Notes under the pieces: model-generated
What the model was told of the DNA's origin: nothing
The model's database searches: none
Seen by the model: only the letters and a program-made list of their open reading frames with translations
Position numbers and translations under genes: made by a program
Source of the DNA: Methanobacteriota archaeon
GTDB taxonomy: Archaea; Thermoplasmatota; Poseidoniia; Poseidoniales; Thalassarchaeaceae
Length of the DNA stretch: 64,000 bases
Direction of reading: 5' to 3'
Assembly: GCA_002722595.1 (NCBI GenBank)
Contig: PBMO01000035.1
Location: 49 to 64,048 of the forward strand
Shown here: positions 62,492-64,000 of the stretch, one piece after another
How the letters are laid out: the number at the start of each line of letters is the position of its first letter
Position numbering within the stretch: position 1 is the first letter of the stretch

Positions 62492-63211
62492 TTAGATTCG
62501 GTTTACAGGCCTAGGAAACATTTTGCGCACGAGTAACTTGCGCAAAATGCGTACTCCATCACCAATCGAACCCAATTTGGATTCACCAATTCGTGGCGCA
62601 TAGGATATAGGGACTTCACTCATCTTCAATCCTTCACTCGCACACGAGGTAAACATCTCCGCCTCAATCTCAAACGCTGTGGAATTCAATGACATTTTCT
62701 GGATAGCAGACCGCTTGAACACCCAATATCCTGTACAAACATCACTGATAAATACACGATACAAAGCAACTGCACACCAAGTCAAGATATGGTTTCCAAT
62801 CCAGTTGACTCTTGACATAGCACCAGGCTGGATGTTTCCTCGCAAGCGGCTGCCTGTAACCACATCATACTTACCTTGCTCAAGATGTTTCAACAATCGT
62901 AGCATATCCTTTGGGGCATAAGTTCCATCTGCATCTAGCATTACAAGAACATCATCACCATGGCTGAGAAAACGGGCAAACGCTTCTCGCATTCCAAAAC
63001 CCTTTCCAGATGCCGGGCCTTGGACAATTAATTCTAGTTCTAGTTCGGTAACCAATTCTTGTGTCCCATCCTCACTACGTCCATCCACAACAACGATTCT
63101 TGTATCCCAACCGGCGGTTTTGAGTTCATCCAATGGTAAAGCATCAACAACACTCGGCAATGCATTCACTTCATTGTAAGTTGGCAACAATATTGTTAAG
63201 CACTTACTCAT
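62492..63211 (-). CDS. family 2 glycosyltransferase, dolichyl-phosphate mannose/glucose synthase-like
   Basis: LTILLPTYNEVNALPSVV, VVVDGRSEDGT and MLDADGTYAP (DxD). 239 aa, soluble GT-A type. Confidence 0.8.
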   Translation of the reverse strand: MSKCLTILLPTYNEVNALPSVVDALPLDELKTAGWDTRIVVVDGRSEDGTQELVTELELELIVQGPASGKGFGMREAFARFLSHGDDVLVMLDADGTYAPKDMLRLLKHLEQGKYDVVTGSRLRGNIQPGAMSRVNWIGNHILTWCAVALYRVFISDVCTGYWVFKRSAIQKMSLNSTAFEIEAEMFTSCASEGLKMSEVPISYAPRIGESKLGSIGDGVRILRKLLVRKMFPRPVNRI

Positions 63212-64000
63212 AGATTCCTCACCTCAATCCAATGTATCCAAAGACCATTTGTGTCTATGATCCTGTCACTTCTGCCAGAGAGCCCAGAAGGATCCAACCA
63301 ATTATCCTCTTCAGCGCGTGCGGAGAGGTGGATTTCAATCTCTCCCATGAAATCACTGTGGTGTAAAACTGGTAATGAATTCACACCCCGTTCTACATTA
63401 CCTGCGTATGAGCTACAATTAGTGGTGTTTGAATCACAAACCACAATTTCAACATCAATGTCACTTGGTGCAGTCACTTGTAATGAAATCATCAAATCCG
63501 AGTCACGATGCTGGCGGGGCAAATCAACAGATCCAAAATTAAGCCCACCGTCTTTCAGAAAAGCAGTATGGTCTGGCCTGATGCCTAGATGGGCTGAATC
63601 AGCATGCGCCCATTTATCTGGTCGCCATTCGCATGATTCCAAACAATCATTTTCCGATGGAAATATTGTCAAACTTGTTTTTATCGATGCGACGGTTGGT
63701 TCAGCCTCAAATTTCCATAGTCTACTTCCTTTCTCATCTACCAATATAGCCCAATATTCACTTTCAGCAAGTACATGCCCAACCTGTCCACGGGGTGAGG
63801 TCACTGCGTGAGTAATCCCAATTTCACTAATTTCTCCAACATCGTCTGCCAGTATAGCTCGTTCAGCATCCCATTGCACTTGCTTTTCTACAGTTAACAG
63901 TCCTAGACTCGGATAACTCGTTAATCCCAAGTCGGAATCGATGTCGTAAAGAATACCCCAATGAGCAGTTTCAGAATATATCACTGAATCATTTGGTAAA
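63208..64000 (-). CDS. hypothetical protein, possibly truncated by the window end
   Basis: The track ORF starts at the GTG at 63984, but the frame stays open to base 64000. Its stop overlaps the GT2 start by 4 nt. I recognise no motif. Confidence 0.5.
   Translation of the reverse strand, partial: LPNDSVIYSETAHWGILYDIDSDLGLTSYPSLGLLTVEKQVQWDAERAILADDVGEISEIGITHAVTSPRGQVGHVLAESEYWAILVDEKGSRLWKFEAEPTVASIKTSLTIFPSENDCLESCEWRPDKWAHADSAHLGIRPDHTAFLKDGGLNFGSVDLPRQHRDSDLMISLQVTAPSDIDVEIVVCDSNTTNCSSYAGNVERGVNSLPVLHHSDFMGEIEIHLSARAEEDNWLDPSGLSGRSDRIIDTNGLWIHWIEVRNL

Noticed and set aside
63251-63811. 186-aa plus-strand ORF near the window end
   Set aside because: It is antisense to the longer minus-strand ORF, which is stop/start-coupled to the GT2 gene. 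Its Ser-rich composition suggests a shadow. Confidence is only moderate, since neither frame has a known motif.
1-64000. CRISPR arrays, rRNA genes, transposases/IS elements, prophage genes
   Set aside because: I saw no regularly spaced short repeats, no rRNA-like conserved stretches, and no ORF with transposase, integrase or capsid motifs. The only clear tandem repeat is the intragenic carrier-domain duplication.

Overview
This window is almost certainly archaeal chromosome. It carries Orc1/Cdc6 beside a 410-bp AT-rich non-coding region (putative origin), PCNA, TFS, Nop5-fibrillarin, a Csl4 exosome subunit and tRNA-Gly(UCC). G+C is moderate to low, and Shine-Dalgarno-like GGAGG/GAGGT motifs and 1-8 nt start/stop overlaps (TGATG, TAATG, GTGA) are frequent. 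By inference the source is an uncultured planktonic euryarchaeote (Thermoplasmatota / Marine Group II-like). I call about 50 CDS, 1 tRNA, and 1 GC-rich structured RNA of unresolved identity. I saw no CRISPR array, rRNA, transposase or integrase. The archaeal information-processing genes are interleaved with many bacterial-type genes, several tied to acyl and lipid chemistry. The main candidates for a second look are: (1) a FabI - 2767-aa type I FAS/PKS-like megasynthase (KS-AT-ACP*-KS-ACP-ACP-KR-DH) - Sfp-type PPTase cassette, in which both tandem carrier domains carry Thr at the expected phosphopantetheine Ser; (2) an Lgt-like / zinc-ribbon radical SAM (tetraether-synthase-like, inference) / membrane protein operon flanked by two MIP paralogs, one lacking both NPA motifs; (3) a Csl4-zinc ribbon-RRM-RGG fusion; (4) an ABC-F ATPase whose Walker A lies upstream of any ATG/GTG/TTG, with an in-frame ATA in a TAATA stop/start overlap; (5) a fused PPAT-DPCK CoA enzyme; (6) a roughly 270-nt GC-rich RNA with four GAUGA motifs. 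All functional calls come from motif recognition by eye. No database search was run.
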